Assembly (NCBI GenBank): GCA_002839825.1
Contig: PGYU01000007.1
Location: 27,165 to 91,164, forward strand
Direction of reading: 5' to 3'
Origin: Ignavibacteriae bacterium HGW-Ignavibacteriae-1
GTDB taxonomy: Bacteria; Bacteroidota; Ignavibacteria; Kapaibacteriales; UBA2268
Length of the DNA stretch: 64,000 bases
In this document: positions 1 to 11,012 of the stretch, one piece after another
How the letters are laid out: the number at the start of each line of letters is the position of its first letter
How positions within the stretch are numbered: the stretch's first letter is position 1
Made by a program: the position numbers and the translations under genes
Notes under the pieces: model-generated
What the model was told of the DNA's origin: nothing
The model's input: the letters and a program-made list of their open reading frames with translations, nothing else
The model's database searches: none

Positions 1-2328
1 AATGAAATAATTTATCAGTTTCGGTTGATATATTCTGATATTGCGGCAATGATTTGAGATTGAAAAATGCTCCACCGAGAATAGAATATTCAAATTGCTC
101 GGGTTTTCGATTTTGAATTATATAATCACTATATTTAATTGTAATGAATTGTCCTTCGCGACTTCTTTTGGTTGGTCCGAATAAATCATAAAAATCAGTT
201 TTATTATGTGCTACAGTTAATTCCCAGAACCAATAATTTAATTTAAGATATAAATGTAATCTTTCATTTTCGGGAATCAATTGATTATAAGAATATGAAA
301 TATTAAAATCCGTCATGCTTAAAAAAACTTTGTCAATTAACTTAGCCCGAAAACCAAATGAAGGAAAATCTTTGTAGCCTTCAACAATCGGTATTATTGA
401 TGCAAGGCGTTGACTTGTAAATGGTTCGTAAATACTTTCAGTAACGCCGATTGAATCCAAATTTATCTCGGAAATTGATGGTAAATTCCATTGTTTTAAT
501 TGTGGATTATTCTCCAGAACGTCCATACCCAAGAATTTTATCGAGTTTGCATTTGCATTGTAATTTTCTTTCATTATCACAGGGAGCATCCCATTAACTG
601 TATAGCTATACGCAATTATTGAATCGTTGCCGATTGGTAGTGGTCGGAAATATCCGCGTTCGGTATTGCTTATAACTTCAATTTCCTTGCTTTCAACATT
701 TATCTTAAAAATATTTGAAACACCTGTCAAATAGGAAGTGCCATACAAATATTTACCATCTTCGGAAAAAACGAAATTACTACCCGAATTTCCCTCAAAT
801 GCATAAATATCTTCAAAATTATTATTACCTTGAATTATATCTTTCAAAAGAAATAAAACTAATTTCTGAGTGCCGTCAGTTGAGGAATATGTCGCGGATA
901 AATAATTACCGTCCTTTGAAATATCTAGGTCGAATAAATTATTCCCGAATGGTAATGTATAAAATTCTTCTATTTTTTCATAGGGTGGTAAAAGCCGAGA
1001 TAAAATGCTTCTGCCATTATAAACCCTGATTCCCCAAATTGATTTGTCCGCTTTATTAAATGCAAAATCGCCAAATCTTTGAAAATCCAATGTTTTAATA
1101 ATCTTTCCATTATCTCTCGAAATTAGCACTAAATCGCGATAATTATTATTATTTTCGGTCATAAAAATTGTTCGTGAATCTTCGTCGTATGTAATTGCAG
1201 TTACAAAATGCAGTCTTGGAGACATCACCGGTACGATTTTGCGAATATCGCCTGTTCCCAGATTTATTTCTGCCAAATGTGCTAATTCGCCCGGGTAATT
1301 TATTGCTAAAATTATTGAATTAGTATTTTTATCGTAAAATTGCCGAGATGCCGAGCCGAGTGGTATATCAATAATTTCTCGATGTGTAGTTATTTCATTA
1401 TCGCGAACTCGATTTAAATTTTCATTTTGAAAGTTATTTTCAAAATCAATCCAATTTTTCCATTCTGAAATTAAATCATTGCCATAAATCTTTTTGAATT
1501 GTGTTGCAAAAAAACGACTACTCGAATCACTTCGGTTGTAAAAATCGAGTAGTTTATCAACACCATGCCTATTAGCAAGATAGTTGATAAATCGAGCTCC
1601 GTAAAGATAGGCATTCGAACCCACTTTAAAATCTATAGTTGTGCCCTCTGTTTCGAGCCCAACCGGCAAATAAAAATATGCACTATCCAATACCATTGTC
1701 CTGAACACCATCTCGTCATATCCGCTGAGAGCTCTTCCGTATCCACCATTCATGAAGGTTTCAGCAAAAATCGCCATACCTTCCAGATACCATCGTGGGC
1801 TGTACCATCGCGGTGTCGCCAAATAACTGTAAACCATCGAAAGAGGGTTGCTATTGTCATTTATCGGCTTGCCAAAGAAAACACTTCTAAAAAAAGAATC
1901 GCTTTTCCCTGGCTTGTCGCATACAACTATATGATTTAATTCATGCGTTGCGAGCCACTGCATTCGCTCATTTGCGGGCATAATTTCGTAGATATTATCG
2001 AAAGGATTAATACCCAAAGTTACAAAGTTATGAGGGAGCGTTATCGCACCACCGTTACCGTAATCGCTAAAATCGTGCACAAAAAAAAAATTATTTCCTT
2101 AGAATTATAATCAAACAGATTTTTATTCATTTCGTAAGCATTTACGAAAGCTTTGGCTGTATGTGGAATCAAGTATGAATAACCGCGACCGTAATAGATG
2201 AAATCAAAGTTCGCGACTTTAAAGCTATAAATGTCAATATTTTCACTGCCCTTGCAAATAGTTGGTTGCAAAGGAGTTATAATAAAAAAACAAACAATAC
2301 AGTACAAAATCCGGCTACGCTTATTCAT
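1..2328 (-). pseudogene. Secreted HExxH metallopeptidase-like / beta-propeller protein, frameshifted at a T10 tract; 3' end runs off the window
   Basis: The 95-aa ORF 2041-2328 has a signal peptide. After the A10 tract (2081-2090, + strand) another minus-strand frame reads VHDFSDYGNGGA...ATHELNH...PRWYLEG... and stays open to position 1 by manual translation. Confidence 0.75.
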
Positions 2329-2403
2329 TTATCCTTAGATTTAATATTCAATTTATTCTTTATTTTTATTTCGGGACATAATTGCTTGTGTTTTTGGTGG
2401 CGA

Positions 2404-3558
2404 TTAAAAGCTGATTATTCCTTGTGCACTCATATATACGATACCAATTTGAGAAGCATTATATACCCCAATACTAAATTGATTTGCAGCGGCTGTTCCA
2501 ATCCCTTGATTCATAGCGGCTTCCCCAATTAGTTGGTTTGATGCTGCACCTATACCCTGATTGTTGATAGCCATCCCCAAAGTCGTACCGACAGCATTCT
2601 GTTGCGAATTCGCCGCTGATTGGGGTATTCCTATACCAACTACTTCTTGATTGAAAGCCCCACAGAATTCCGAATTAAACGAAAACATGAATGCATAATT
2701 ACCAATATATTGATTGGTAGCGGATTGGGCACTTGATACTGAAAAAGATGATATAATATTATTTATTGCATTTACCGTATTCAAGCTTAGTCCGCTGTTT
2801 GAAATGCTCACAAAAGAAGTATAACCGGTATTTATCGCATTGATGATTTCTTGTGAATTCATGCCTTTGATATAATTAGGGTCATTCAGCACTTGCGATG
2901 CCGAATAGTACATTTTGCTCGAATCACCTGTGCTGACAGCGTAGATGAAATTATCAACTACTATTCTGTCTCGAAGCGCTTTCAGCCCGTCAAGCTCTTT
3001 TTTACGCAAATTATCATTTTGAATAGAATAGTCAATATTTGCAATAGTTGCCTCGAAAATTGAGTCACGAAGAAGGAATTGATTTGCAAAGTTGTAGAAT
3101 TGTTTCAGTTGTGATTCTACGTCTTTGTTCATTTCCTTAGTCTCGCCTGAATAAAATCCTGCTAATGTAACAATTGTGTTTTGGATGGTTGTCGTATTAT
3201 TTGTTATGAAATCTGAATAATCCCGTAATTCCGCAACTGAACTTGAAATTGTAGGTGATTGATTATATGTTTCAAGTACCGGAATCCACCATTCATTTAT
3301 CATCCCTTTCAAATATAAAGCAAAGTCGCCGAATTCTACTAAATCGTAAATTGTTTTCTTCACCATGTTTGTATCGTTCAATAAATCACTTCGTAAGACG
3401 ATGTTCTCGTCGCCAATTGTGCTTTCGCGGTATCTGTCAGCCTTGGTAAATGCTCCTGAAGCATCACTCTCGTCTACGGGGGACCAATATATTGAGAATA
3501 TAAGTATGGTAACAGCTACAAGAACGCCCAAAATAACTAATACGTATTTCTTATTCAT
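2404..3558 (-). CDS. Membrane-anchored hypothetical protein with C-terminal N/Q/G-rich ~9-aa repeats
   Basis: N-terminal TM helix, helical middle region, tail with NQGIGAA/NQLIGEAA/NQGIGTAA repeats. Confidence 0.8.
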   Translation of the reverse strand: MNKKYVLVILGVLVAVTILIFSIYWSPVDESDASGAFTKADRYRESTIGDENIVLRSDLLNDTNMVKKTIYDLVEFGDFALYLKGMINEWWIPVLETYNQSPTISSSVAELRDYSDFITNNTTTIQNTIVTLAGFYSGETKEMNKDVESQLKQFYNFANQFLLRDSIFEATIANIDYSIQNDNLRKKELDGLKALRDRIVVDNFIYAVSTGDSSKMYYSASQVLNDPNYIKGMNSQEIINAINTGYTSFVSISNSGLSLNTVNAINNIISSFSVSSAQSATNQYIGNYAFMFSFNSEFCGAFNQEVVGIGIPQSAANSQQNAVGTTLGMAINNQGIGAASNQLIGEAAMNQGIGTAAANQFSIGVYNASQIGIVYMSAQGIISF

Positions 3559-3653
3559 ACTAACGTCCCAAAATATAGTAACAAACTTTTAATTTATATT
3601 TGCAAATATCAACTATGTAAAGTATAACATTTCAATCAAATAAAAAAGTGATT

Positions 3654-4352
3654 TTAATCAAGCAGAAAATCTGTAATGTGTGTGATAATAATCTTCGGGC
3701 GAATCCTATCAATCGGATGAATGACATTGGGCAAAACAGCCAATGAGGCGTTTTTAAGTCTGCGATAAACTGCAATGCTTTCTTCGAGACTTACCATCAC
3801 ATCTTTGTCGCCTACCATGATTTGAACCGAGCATTCAATATCTCCGTAATCTTCAATTCTGAGAGCCGGATTGTCTCCAAGTTCAAGCATCATTTTCGCT
3901 GTGGCGTTGACAACATTTTCCCAATTATGTTCGCCAAATTTATCTATCAAAGTTTGGACAAATGCAGGGATTTTGTTTTTCATTTTTTGAGGTTTTAACA
4001 TTGACGCTTCCAAAGCAGAGCTATCGGGATTCCAATCGAACTTTGTGCCAAGAGTCATGATTTTGCCAATTCGTCCGGGACTGTTTCGCTCGTGGTGCAA
4101 AGCGACGTATCCGCCCATGCTGTACCCGAAAACGGCTATTTCATTGTATGTAATTCCAGCAAGGTTATTAGTAATATAGTTTCCCAGTTCGCCTGAATAT
4201 TGCTCTATAGTAAATGGAAGAACGGGTTGAGTACCGTCGTGACCGGGAAAGTCAAATCTATGTATATGGAACTGCTTTTCAAGCTCGGAAGCAAGAGTGT
4301 CGAATTGCTTATGATTGCCCAAAGCACCGTGTAAAAGTATTAAATTTTTCAT
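3654..4352 (-). CDS. Alpha/beta hydrolase
   Basis: LLHGALG, GYSMG nucleophile elbow, GDKD Asp, C-terminal His. Confidence 0.9.
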   Translation of the reverse strand: MKNLILLHGALGNHKQFDTLASELEKQFHIHRFDFPGHDGTQPVLPFTIEQYSGELGNYITNNLAGITYNEIAVFGYSMGGYVALHHERNSPGRIGKIMTLGTKFDWNPDSSALEASMLKPQKMKNKIPAFVQTLIDKFGEHNWENVVNATAKMMLELGDNPALRIEDYGDIECSVQIMVGDKDVMVSLEESIAVYRRLKNASLAVLPNVIHPIDRIRPKIIITHITDFLLD

Positions 4353-4637
4353 CTAAGTTTATAATTAGTTTATCAATTTAGCTTTAACTAAAATACGTAA
4401 AAGCTAAGATTTTTGCAATTATATTTTGATTAAAAATTTAAATAAAAAATTCACACAAACTTAGAATATCCGCTTTGCATTATGGTTGAAATTTAGCATA
4501 ATAAACAAGATTGCTTTTATTAAACGATATTAACATAACAAGTGCAGGCAAAAAATTAAGAAAAATTAATTTGCGCAGAATTGTTTTTTGTTTTAATTTT
4601 ACATATCATTTTCAAAACATTTTTTCGGGAGCTAATT

Positions 4638-6554
4638 ATGCGCAATTTCCTACTAATTGTACTTTTGATTATCGTTTTCGGTAATATACATTTATCGGCG
4701 CAAGTGCCTAACCAAATCAGTTGGCAAGGTGTATTGACTGACTCTCAGGGTCAAGCTTTAGACGGCACATACAACCTAACGACTAAACTCTTTAACCAAT
4801 CCGTTGGTGGCGATGCTCTTTGGATAGAACTGCATAATTCTAAGCAAATTGAAGATGGTCAGGTGAATCTAATTCTCGGGAGTATAGAAAATTTGAACTT
4901 GCAATTTAATCAACCATACTGGCTCGAAATAACTGTGGGCGCCGGGACACCCTTGAGCAGAATTCAGCTTACTTCCGTACCCTATTCCTTATATTCGGCA
5001 AATTCAAATCCTGTTATAATTAATGATTCATTAGTTTTGAAAGACTCCTTAGGTGTGACGCGAATGGTATTCAATCCAAACACAGGAACTTTCAGCATGA
5101 TGGATAATGATACAGTTTGGTATAGTATGTCGGTAAATTCGCCTGTCAAAATAACTGAAAAAATTGCAAATGATAATACATTTGAAAGATATATTGACGG
5201 ACCTGGACTGACTGTAACTCGGGTTGTAAGACCTGACGGTACAATAGAAAGTGAATCAATTTCAGAAACATCTTCAGATGGATTGACTCATGAATATTTA
5301 TCTAAAATATATGATTCAGAAGGTAGATTGATATCTAGTACTTTTATTTTCATGTATTATGATGGAGTTGGTTTTAAGCTTAAGGAAGAAATTAATAAAA
5401 CTTTCGACCCAGAATCCGAAGAAGTAATATCTGAAACATCAACAAATGAAAATGTGACTAAGGATGAACTAGTTAGCAAAACAGAGCGTTTGAATGGTGT
5501 TATCATAAGAACTATTGAAAATGCAGACGGAAAAATTGAAACGTTGACTTATAATCAAGTTGGTGCGGTACAAACTCATATGATTAGTTCAAATAATGAA
5601 AATAAAACTGAAATTATCAGCGGGACGCAAAGTACAATCGTAGAACAAACGCCGATAGGACTGTTTATTTCTAACCCGGAAAGTGATTACTCGTGTGGTT
5701 TTACTATGGGAGCATTTGGAGGTTCGTATCCATCACCAATTTGTAGCTTAAGTGTTTCAACTCCAAATGGAAATTGGACTCCGATATCTATTAATGACCA
5801 AGGTGGCACGTCAGGTTGTAGAATACATATCAATGAGTTTCTGACTGTCAACAAAACAGCAAATTTTCTGGCAAACACATCGTTTTCGAGCAATCTTACT
5901 TTATTTGCCAACCTAACAATGAGTTCTGTATCCGGTACGGCTACGCTAAAAAATACAACTTGTTCAGGATTAACTGTTAATGGACCTACAGCTTTAAATG
6001 GTGCAGCCACATGTCAAGGTCTTACTGCTACCCAGGATATTACAACTTCAGCAACAGTAAACTGTGATGATTTTGATGCATCCGGGAACGGTGAGTTTGG
6101 AGGTAATGTTCAAATAGCCGGGGATTTAGATGTTACAGGTCTAAAGAAATTCAAGATTGACCACCCCGATGACCCGCTTAACAAATCTCTGTCTCATGTT
6201 TGTATCGAATCAAACGAAGCATTAAACCAATATTCAGGAAATGTTGTGACTGACGCAAGCGGCTATGCTGTTGTGACTTTACCCGATTACGTCGAAAAAA
6301 TTAACATTGATTTCCGCTTTCAATTGACTGTAATTGGCGATTTTGCTCAAGCAATTATCTCCAAAAAAATTCAGAATAATCAATTTGAAATCAGAACTGA
6401 CAAAGCAAACATGGAAGTTAGTTGGCTGATTACTGCCAAACGCAACGATTCATACGCCAAGAACAATCCTTTCCAGGCAGTGAGTGAAAAGATCGGTGAT
6501 GATAAAGGCAAATTACTTTATAACCCGAGTAAGTTTTCTAAGCTAGGAGAATAA
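4638..6554 (+). CDS. Secreted fibre/spike-like protein with QxPxxISWQG N-terminal domain and FKIDHP-type chaperone-like C-terminal domain
   Basis: ATG 4638 follows GGAG; signal peptide; N-domain homologous to that of 29569; beta-repeat shaft; KKFKIDHPDDPLNKSLSH tail. Confidence 0.7.
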   Translation: MRNFLLIVLLIIVFGNIHLSAQVPNQISWQGVLTDSQGQALDGTYNLTTKLFNQSVGGDALWIELHNSKQIEDGQVNLILGSIENLNLQFNQPYWLEITVGAGTPLSRIQLTSVPYSLYSANSNPVIINDSLVLKDSLGVTRMVFNPNTGTFSMMDNDTVWYSMSVNSPVKITEKIANDNTFERYIDGPGLTVTRVVRPDGTIESESISETSSDGLTHEYLSKIYDSEGRLISSTFIFMYYDGVGFKLKEEINKTFDPESEEVISETSTNENVTKDELVSKTERLNGVIIRTIENADGKIETLTYNQVGAVQTHMISSNNENKTEIISGTQSTIVEQTPIGLFISNPESDYSCGFTMGAFGGSYPSPICSLSVSTPNGNWTPISINDQGGTSGCRIHINEFLTVNKTANFLANTSFSSNLTLFANLTMSSVSGTATLKNTTCSGLTVNGPTALNGAATCQGLTATQDITTSATVNCDDFDASGNGEFGGNVQIAGDLDVTGLKKFKIDHPDDPLNKSLSHVCIESNEALNQYSGNVVTDASGYAVVTLPDYVEKINIDFRFQLTVIGDFAQAIISKKIQNNQFEIRTDKANMEVSWLITAKRNDSYAKNNPFQAVSEKIGDDKGKLLYNPSKFSKLGE

Positions 6555-6555
6555 A

Positions 6556-7269
6556 ATGAAAACTCTATTTATTCTAATTGTATTATTTTCATCATTTTTG
6601 ATGCTACATAGCCAAGATTATATAATTAAAAAGCATGTTTTCGGTTCAAGTGCACAAACGGCATCGAATGCGGAACATGTATTTAAAAGTACTGTCGGGC
6701 AATCAACTACCGGAAATGCTGAAAATGATGACATAAAGTTATTTTCAGGCTTCTGGAAATTAGAATCCCAAGCTATAAGTTTACAGTCCATCAATCTAAT
6801 TGCAGGTTGGAACATGATTTCCACCTATCTAACACCGACTGATACATCAATCGAAATGATATTTGCTCAAATTGTGGACGATATCGTAATTGTCAAAAAC
6901 AATATAGGTCAAATCTATTATCCGGAATTTAGTATTAACGATATTGGCAATTGGAGTATTTACGAAGGCTACCAAGTTTATACAAGCCAATCCAATACGC
7001 TGGAAATATCGGGACAAGTAATCTCGCCGCAAGATACGCCTATTAATTTAGGAATCGGCTGGAGTATTGTGCCGTATTTGCGTTCAGGACCGATGAATAT
7101 CGAAGATGCTATGCAATCTTTGACTGATGATGAAGCACTCGTCATTGCTAAGAATAATCTGGGGCAAATATATTACCCGGCTTTCGGTATCAACGACATC
7201 GGGAATATGCTCGCGGGACAAGGCTATCAGATTTATTTGATTAAAACGGGAACTCTGACATACCCGTAA
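6556..7269 (+). CDS. Secreted partner protein: TxGQ..SGFW N-module plus two GWN-repeat units
   Basis: Starts 2 nt after the upstream stop; full-length paralogue of 32651-33367. Confidence 0.8.
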   Translation: MKTLFILIVLFSSFLMLHSQDYIIKKHVFGSSAQTASNAEHVFKSTVGQSTTGNAENDDIKLFSGFWKLESQAISLQSINLIAGWNMISTYLTPTDTSIEMIFAQIVDDIVIVKNNIGQIYYPEFSINDIGNWSIYEGYQVYTSQSNTLEISGQVISPQDTPINLGIGWSIVPYLRSGPMNIEDAMQSLTDDEALVIAKNNLGQIYYPAFGINDIGNMLAGQGYQIYLIKTGTLTYP

Positions 7270-7294
7270 TTAATAGCGATTGTGAGATATGTAA

Positions 7295-9439
7295 TTACTT
7301 TTTACGGAAAAGCTTAGTTATTGTTGAACTGATTTCATCATAATCTTTTAAAGGAACTGACACTGAAGTTGAAAGGAAAGTATCTTCCGTCGAATCTATA
7401 AAGACAGATTGCTTCGGATAAATCACTATGAAACTATTTTTACTTGATAGCTCGTCGAGATATTCAGGTATTTTATTCATCTGGCTATTGTAAGAAATTC
7501 CGTTTTTACGGCTAAATACAATAATCAGATTATCATCAAATTTCAAATCTCCGGTAATAATAGGGAAATTTCTCCAATCATTCATAGTAATAAATTCAGA
7601 TGAGATTGGATGCAATTTGTTTATATTTTGGATATATTTCAACGTAACATCATGAGCATAGAATACTAATTTGGCGCCTGTATTACGTGCGATGTTCCAA
7701 ATTTTGATTAGCCAAAATGGGAAACCGATTTCCTTCTCGGCGTTTCTGGGTATTAGAATTAAATGCCGTTTAACGGTGTTCAATGGCTGAACAGAGTTGT
7801 AAATCAATGTTGTAGTATTGCAAGACTTTAGTATTTCTTCGGTTAATTCTCCTAAAAAGGAATTTGTCAATCCCTTGTGTTTATGCAATCCTATTATCAA
7901 ATCTGAGATTTTATTTTCTTTGACAACGTTTGTGATTCCGTTTACAATATCGAGGTCATATCTGAGAATTGGTTTGAAAACACTATCAGTTGAAGATGCA
8001 CATATAGCAGCTTTTTCTAAGATTTTCTTAGCTCTCCGTTCTGCATTCTCATCAGATAATGTATTGGAAATCACGTTCAAGCCATACAATGGTGTTAAAC
8101 TTTTCTTGGATTTTATTGTTACGCTCAGATTGATTAACTCGTTAGCATTTTCAATATTGTTCATCGGAATCAATATGCTTTCATCTAATTTATTCAATTT
8201 TGTATCGTTTTCTGTCAATTCTTGCAATGCTAAATTCTGTGCACCCTTTTGAGTATATAGCGAAGCAATAGTCGAAGTTACTAATATCATCAAAATCGTA
8301 CCATTAAGTACACTATCATTCAAGAGTCTTATTGGTTCTCCAAATGAATCGTAGCCCAAAATTATATTATACCCAACCAATACAGCCGCAAGCGTTGCCG
8401 AGGCTTTAGTATTACTAAGTCCAAAAATCAATCGGCGTTCATTAAGATTATACTTGAATGTCTTTTGTGCAAGCCACGAAGCTATATACTTGCCAGTTGT
8501 AGCAATTATTGTCATAGTTAGAGCAACAAAAATCGTATCGAAATCTTTGATAAAAGCTCTGAAATCCACCAACATCCCGACTCCGATTAAAAAGAAGGGA
8601 ATAAACAGAGCATTGCCGGCGAATTCAATCCTATTCATCAATGCTGAGGTTTGTGGAATCAAGCGATTAAGTGCCAAACCGGCTAAAAAGGCTCCAATTA
8701 TTGCTTCAACTCCTGCTACTTCGGCTAAGAATGCTGCTAAAAATACTAAACCGAGCACAAAAATATATTGCGATATATTATCAGTATAGTTTTTGAAAAA
8801 CCATCTTCCAATTATAGGAAATCCTATCATTACTATCAAAGCAAAAAACAATATAGACACAGGTAGTTGAATCCAAAAGTTTTCATCTAAAGTTCCGGTA
8901 GTCATATTAACAATTACTGCTAGCACTAATAGGGATAATGTGTCTGTGATTATCGTTCCGCCAATTGTGACTATAACCGCTCGATTTTTAGTAACACCAA
9001 ATTGACCGAGAATGGGATAAGTCAATATAGTGTGCGAAGCGAACATACTCGCTAATAGGACAGATGTAGGTAAAGAAAAGTTGAGAATATAGTACCCTGT
9101 CACAGTCCCCAAAATCATAGGTATCAGAAACGTATAAAGCCCGAATATTATACTTTTGTTACTGTTTCGTTTGAAATCTCCCATATCAATTTCCAAACAA
9201 GCAAGAAACATTATGTAGAGCAATCCTACCGTCCCAAACAAAGTTATACTGCTATCACGGAGCATTAGATTTAGACCATTGGGACCAATAATTGCACCGG
9301 CGATAATGAGACCGATTAGGTGTGGAATTTTTAGCTTGTTGAAAAGTATGGGCGCGAAGAGAATGATGAACAATATCAACGCAAATAATAAAACCGGATT
9401 ACTCAACGGCAAACTTAATTCTAAAAGCTTTTGGGGCAT
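7295..9439 (-). CDS. Cation:proton antiporter (CPA2 / Na_H_Exchanger) with C-terminal USP-like domain
   Basis: About 12-13 TM segments; GLIIAGAIIGPNG, FLACLEID and FFLIGVGM motifs. Confidence 0.9.
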   Translation of the reverse strand: MPQKLLELSLPLSNPVLLFALILFIILFAPILFNKLKIPHLIGLIIAGAIIGPNGLNLMLRDSSITLFGTVGLLYIMFLACLEIDMGDFKRNSNKSIIFGLYTFLIPMILGTVTGYYILNFSLPTSVLLASMFASHTILTYPILGQFGVTKNRAVIVTIGGTIITDTLSLLVLAVIVNMTTGTLDENFWIQLPVSILFFALIVMIGFPIIGRWFFKNYTDNISQYIFVLGLVFLAAFLAEVAGVEAIIGAFLAGLALNRLIPQTSALMNRIEFAGNALFIPFFLIGVGMLVDFRAFIKDFDTIFVALTMTIIATTGKYIASWLAQKTFKYNLNERRLIFGLSNTKASATLAAVLVGYNIILGYDSFGEPIRLLNDSVLNGTILMILVTSTIASLYTQKGAQNLALQELTENDTKLNKLDESILIPMNNIENANELINLSVTIKSKKSLTPLYGLNVISNTLSDENAERRAKKILEKAAICASSTDSVFKPILRYDLDIVNGITNVVKENKISDLIIGLHKHKGLTNSFLGELTEEILKSCNTTTLIYNSVQPLNTVKRHLILIPRNAEKEIGFPFWLIKIWNIARNTGAKLVFYAHDVTLKYIQNINKLHPISSEFITMNDWRNFPIITGDLKFDDNLIIVFSRKNGISYNSQMNKIPEYLDELSSKNSFIVIYPKQSVFIDSTEDTFLSTSVSVPLKDYDEISSTITKLFRKK

Positions 9440-9591
9440 ATTATATAATGTTTATTACTGTTGTCAAAATTAGCCCCTATTTTTTGAATTTTATTTCAAT
9501 ATTTTATATTAATTTTTTCATAATTTCATTTGACAAAGTTAATCATAAAATTTTTCTTTTCAAAATCCGAAATTATGTTTATTTTTACATA

Positions 9592-10281
9592 ATGGGATAT
9601 AATGAAAAAAATACTGCTGTTGTGCTTTTGAGTGGAGGAATGGATTCAGCTGTTTGTGCGGCATTAGCTGTTTACGAAGGTTATCAACCGGCTGTTTTGC
9701 ATTTGAATTACGGACAACGTACTCAAAAGCGAGAGCTCAAAGCATTTCATGAAGTTGCTGACCACTTTGAAATCAACAAACGAATGATTGTAGATGTTTC
9801 GTACTTGTCGCAAATTGGCGGTTCGAGCTTGACAGATGCATCAATTGAAATCGAAAAAGCAAAATTTGACAAAAACCATATTCCAAATACCTACGTGCCG
9901 TTTCGCAATGGAAATATTATAGCGATTGCAGTGAGTTGGGCAGAAGTAATTGGCGCCAGAGCGATTATCATTGGTGCAATGGAACAAGATTCCAGCGGCT
10001 ATCCGGATTGTCGCTCGACCTTCTTCGATGCGATTAATTTGGCGATAAAATTGGGCACTAAGCCCGAAACCGAAATCCGTGTGCTCACCCCGATTATTGA
10101 TATGACAAAATCTGAAATAATCAAACGAGGAACTGAGTTGGGCGTACCTTTCGAGAAAACTTGGAGTTGTTACAAAAATTCTGATTTGGCTTGTGGTGTA
10201 TGCGAATCTTGTGCTTTACGTCTGAAAGGATTTGCAGGAGCAGGTTATCGCGACCCAATCAAATACGAGCCAAAGAGCTAA
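9592..10281 (+). CDS. queC: 7-cyano-7-deazaguanine synthase
   Basis: SGGMDS, YGQR, TYVPFRN, GYPDCR, TWSCY..CGVCESC; start reassigned to ATG 9592. Confidence 0.96.
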   Translation: MGYNEKNTAVVLLSGGMDSAVCAALAVYEGYQPAVLHLNYGQRTQKRELKAFHEVADHFEINKRMIVDVSYLSQIGGSSLTDASIEIEKAKFDKNHIPNTYVPFRNGNIIAIAVSWAEVIGARAIIIGAMEQDSSGYPDCRSTFFDAINLAIKLGTKPETEIRVLTPIIDMTKSEIIKRGTELGVPFEKTWSCYKNSDLACGVCESCALRLKGFAGAGYRDPIKYEPKS

Positions 10282-10860
10282 TTAAAAGGCGTACCGAATC
10301 CCGAATCCACCACCGATACCAATAAATGATGTTCCGCTTGGATTGCGGTCTATAAACTTAGTATCGTCCGACACTTCGGAAGTCTGATAATGCAATCCAA
10401 GTTCAAGATGCAAAACAAGTCTATCCATTACTTTGTGCTCTAATCCACCGATTAGACCAAAATTGTAGATTCGGTTCATATCCTTGTTGATGACTTTAGT
10501 AATAACGTCATTTTCGCGAATGATTTTGAAAGTCCTATCTTCAATATACCAAAATGATACAGCAGGTGCTACGTAGTATCGAGTATTTTCGGTTTTGTGC
10601 AAATTAAACTGATACTGAATTCCCAAACTTGCGTAAAAATCCAAGTCGTCGGGTGGAGCGTCTGATTGATAAAACGTAAAAAATGTGAATGCCAAAGCAT
10701 TGTGTGGGGAAGTTTCGACTTGGTAATTCAAGCCAATGCCGGAAATTGTTGAGAGTGCGATGCCGAATTGGTGCTTTGGATATGACCGCTTTTGACTCAT
10801 CGAATCATAAGTCGAAAAAATCATCAATATAATTATGGCTAACAGAAACTTTCTAAGCAT
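10282..10860 (-). CDS. Small outer-membrane beta-barrel protein
   Basis: Signal peptide from MLRKFLL, amphipathic strands, terminal GIRYAF motif. Confidence 0.75.
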   Translation of the reverse strand: MLRKFLLAIIILMIFSTYDSMSQKRSYPKHQFGIALSTISGIGLNYQVETSPHNALAFTFFTFYQSDAPPDDLDFYASLGIQYQFNLHKTENTRYYVAPAVSFWYIEDRTFKIIRENDVITKVINKDMNRIYNFGLIGGLEHKVMDRLVLHLELGLHYQTSEVSDDTKFIDRNPSGTSFIGIGGGFGIRYAF

Positions 10861-11012
10861 CGAATTCACTACGTTAAAAACTATTGTCACGAAAATAGAG
10901 GCTAAATATTGATATGGCATATTTTTATAATTCACTTATCCTTAACTCTTTTTAATGCAATTTTGCTTATTTTCGAGTTGAAAATAAATTAAATTTGCGA
11001 ATTGAGGTTTGA

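Noticed and set aside
715-1939. Plus-strand ORFs 715-1029 and 1565-1939, and similar short antisense ORFs throughout the window
   Set aside because: They are shadows of longer genes on the opposite strand or frame, with no recognisable motifs.
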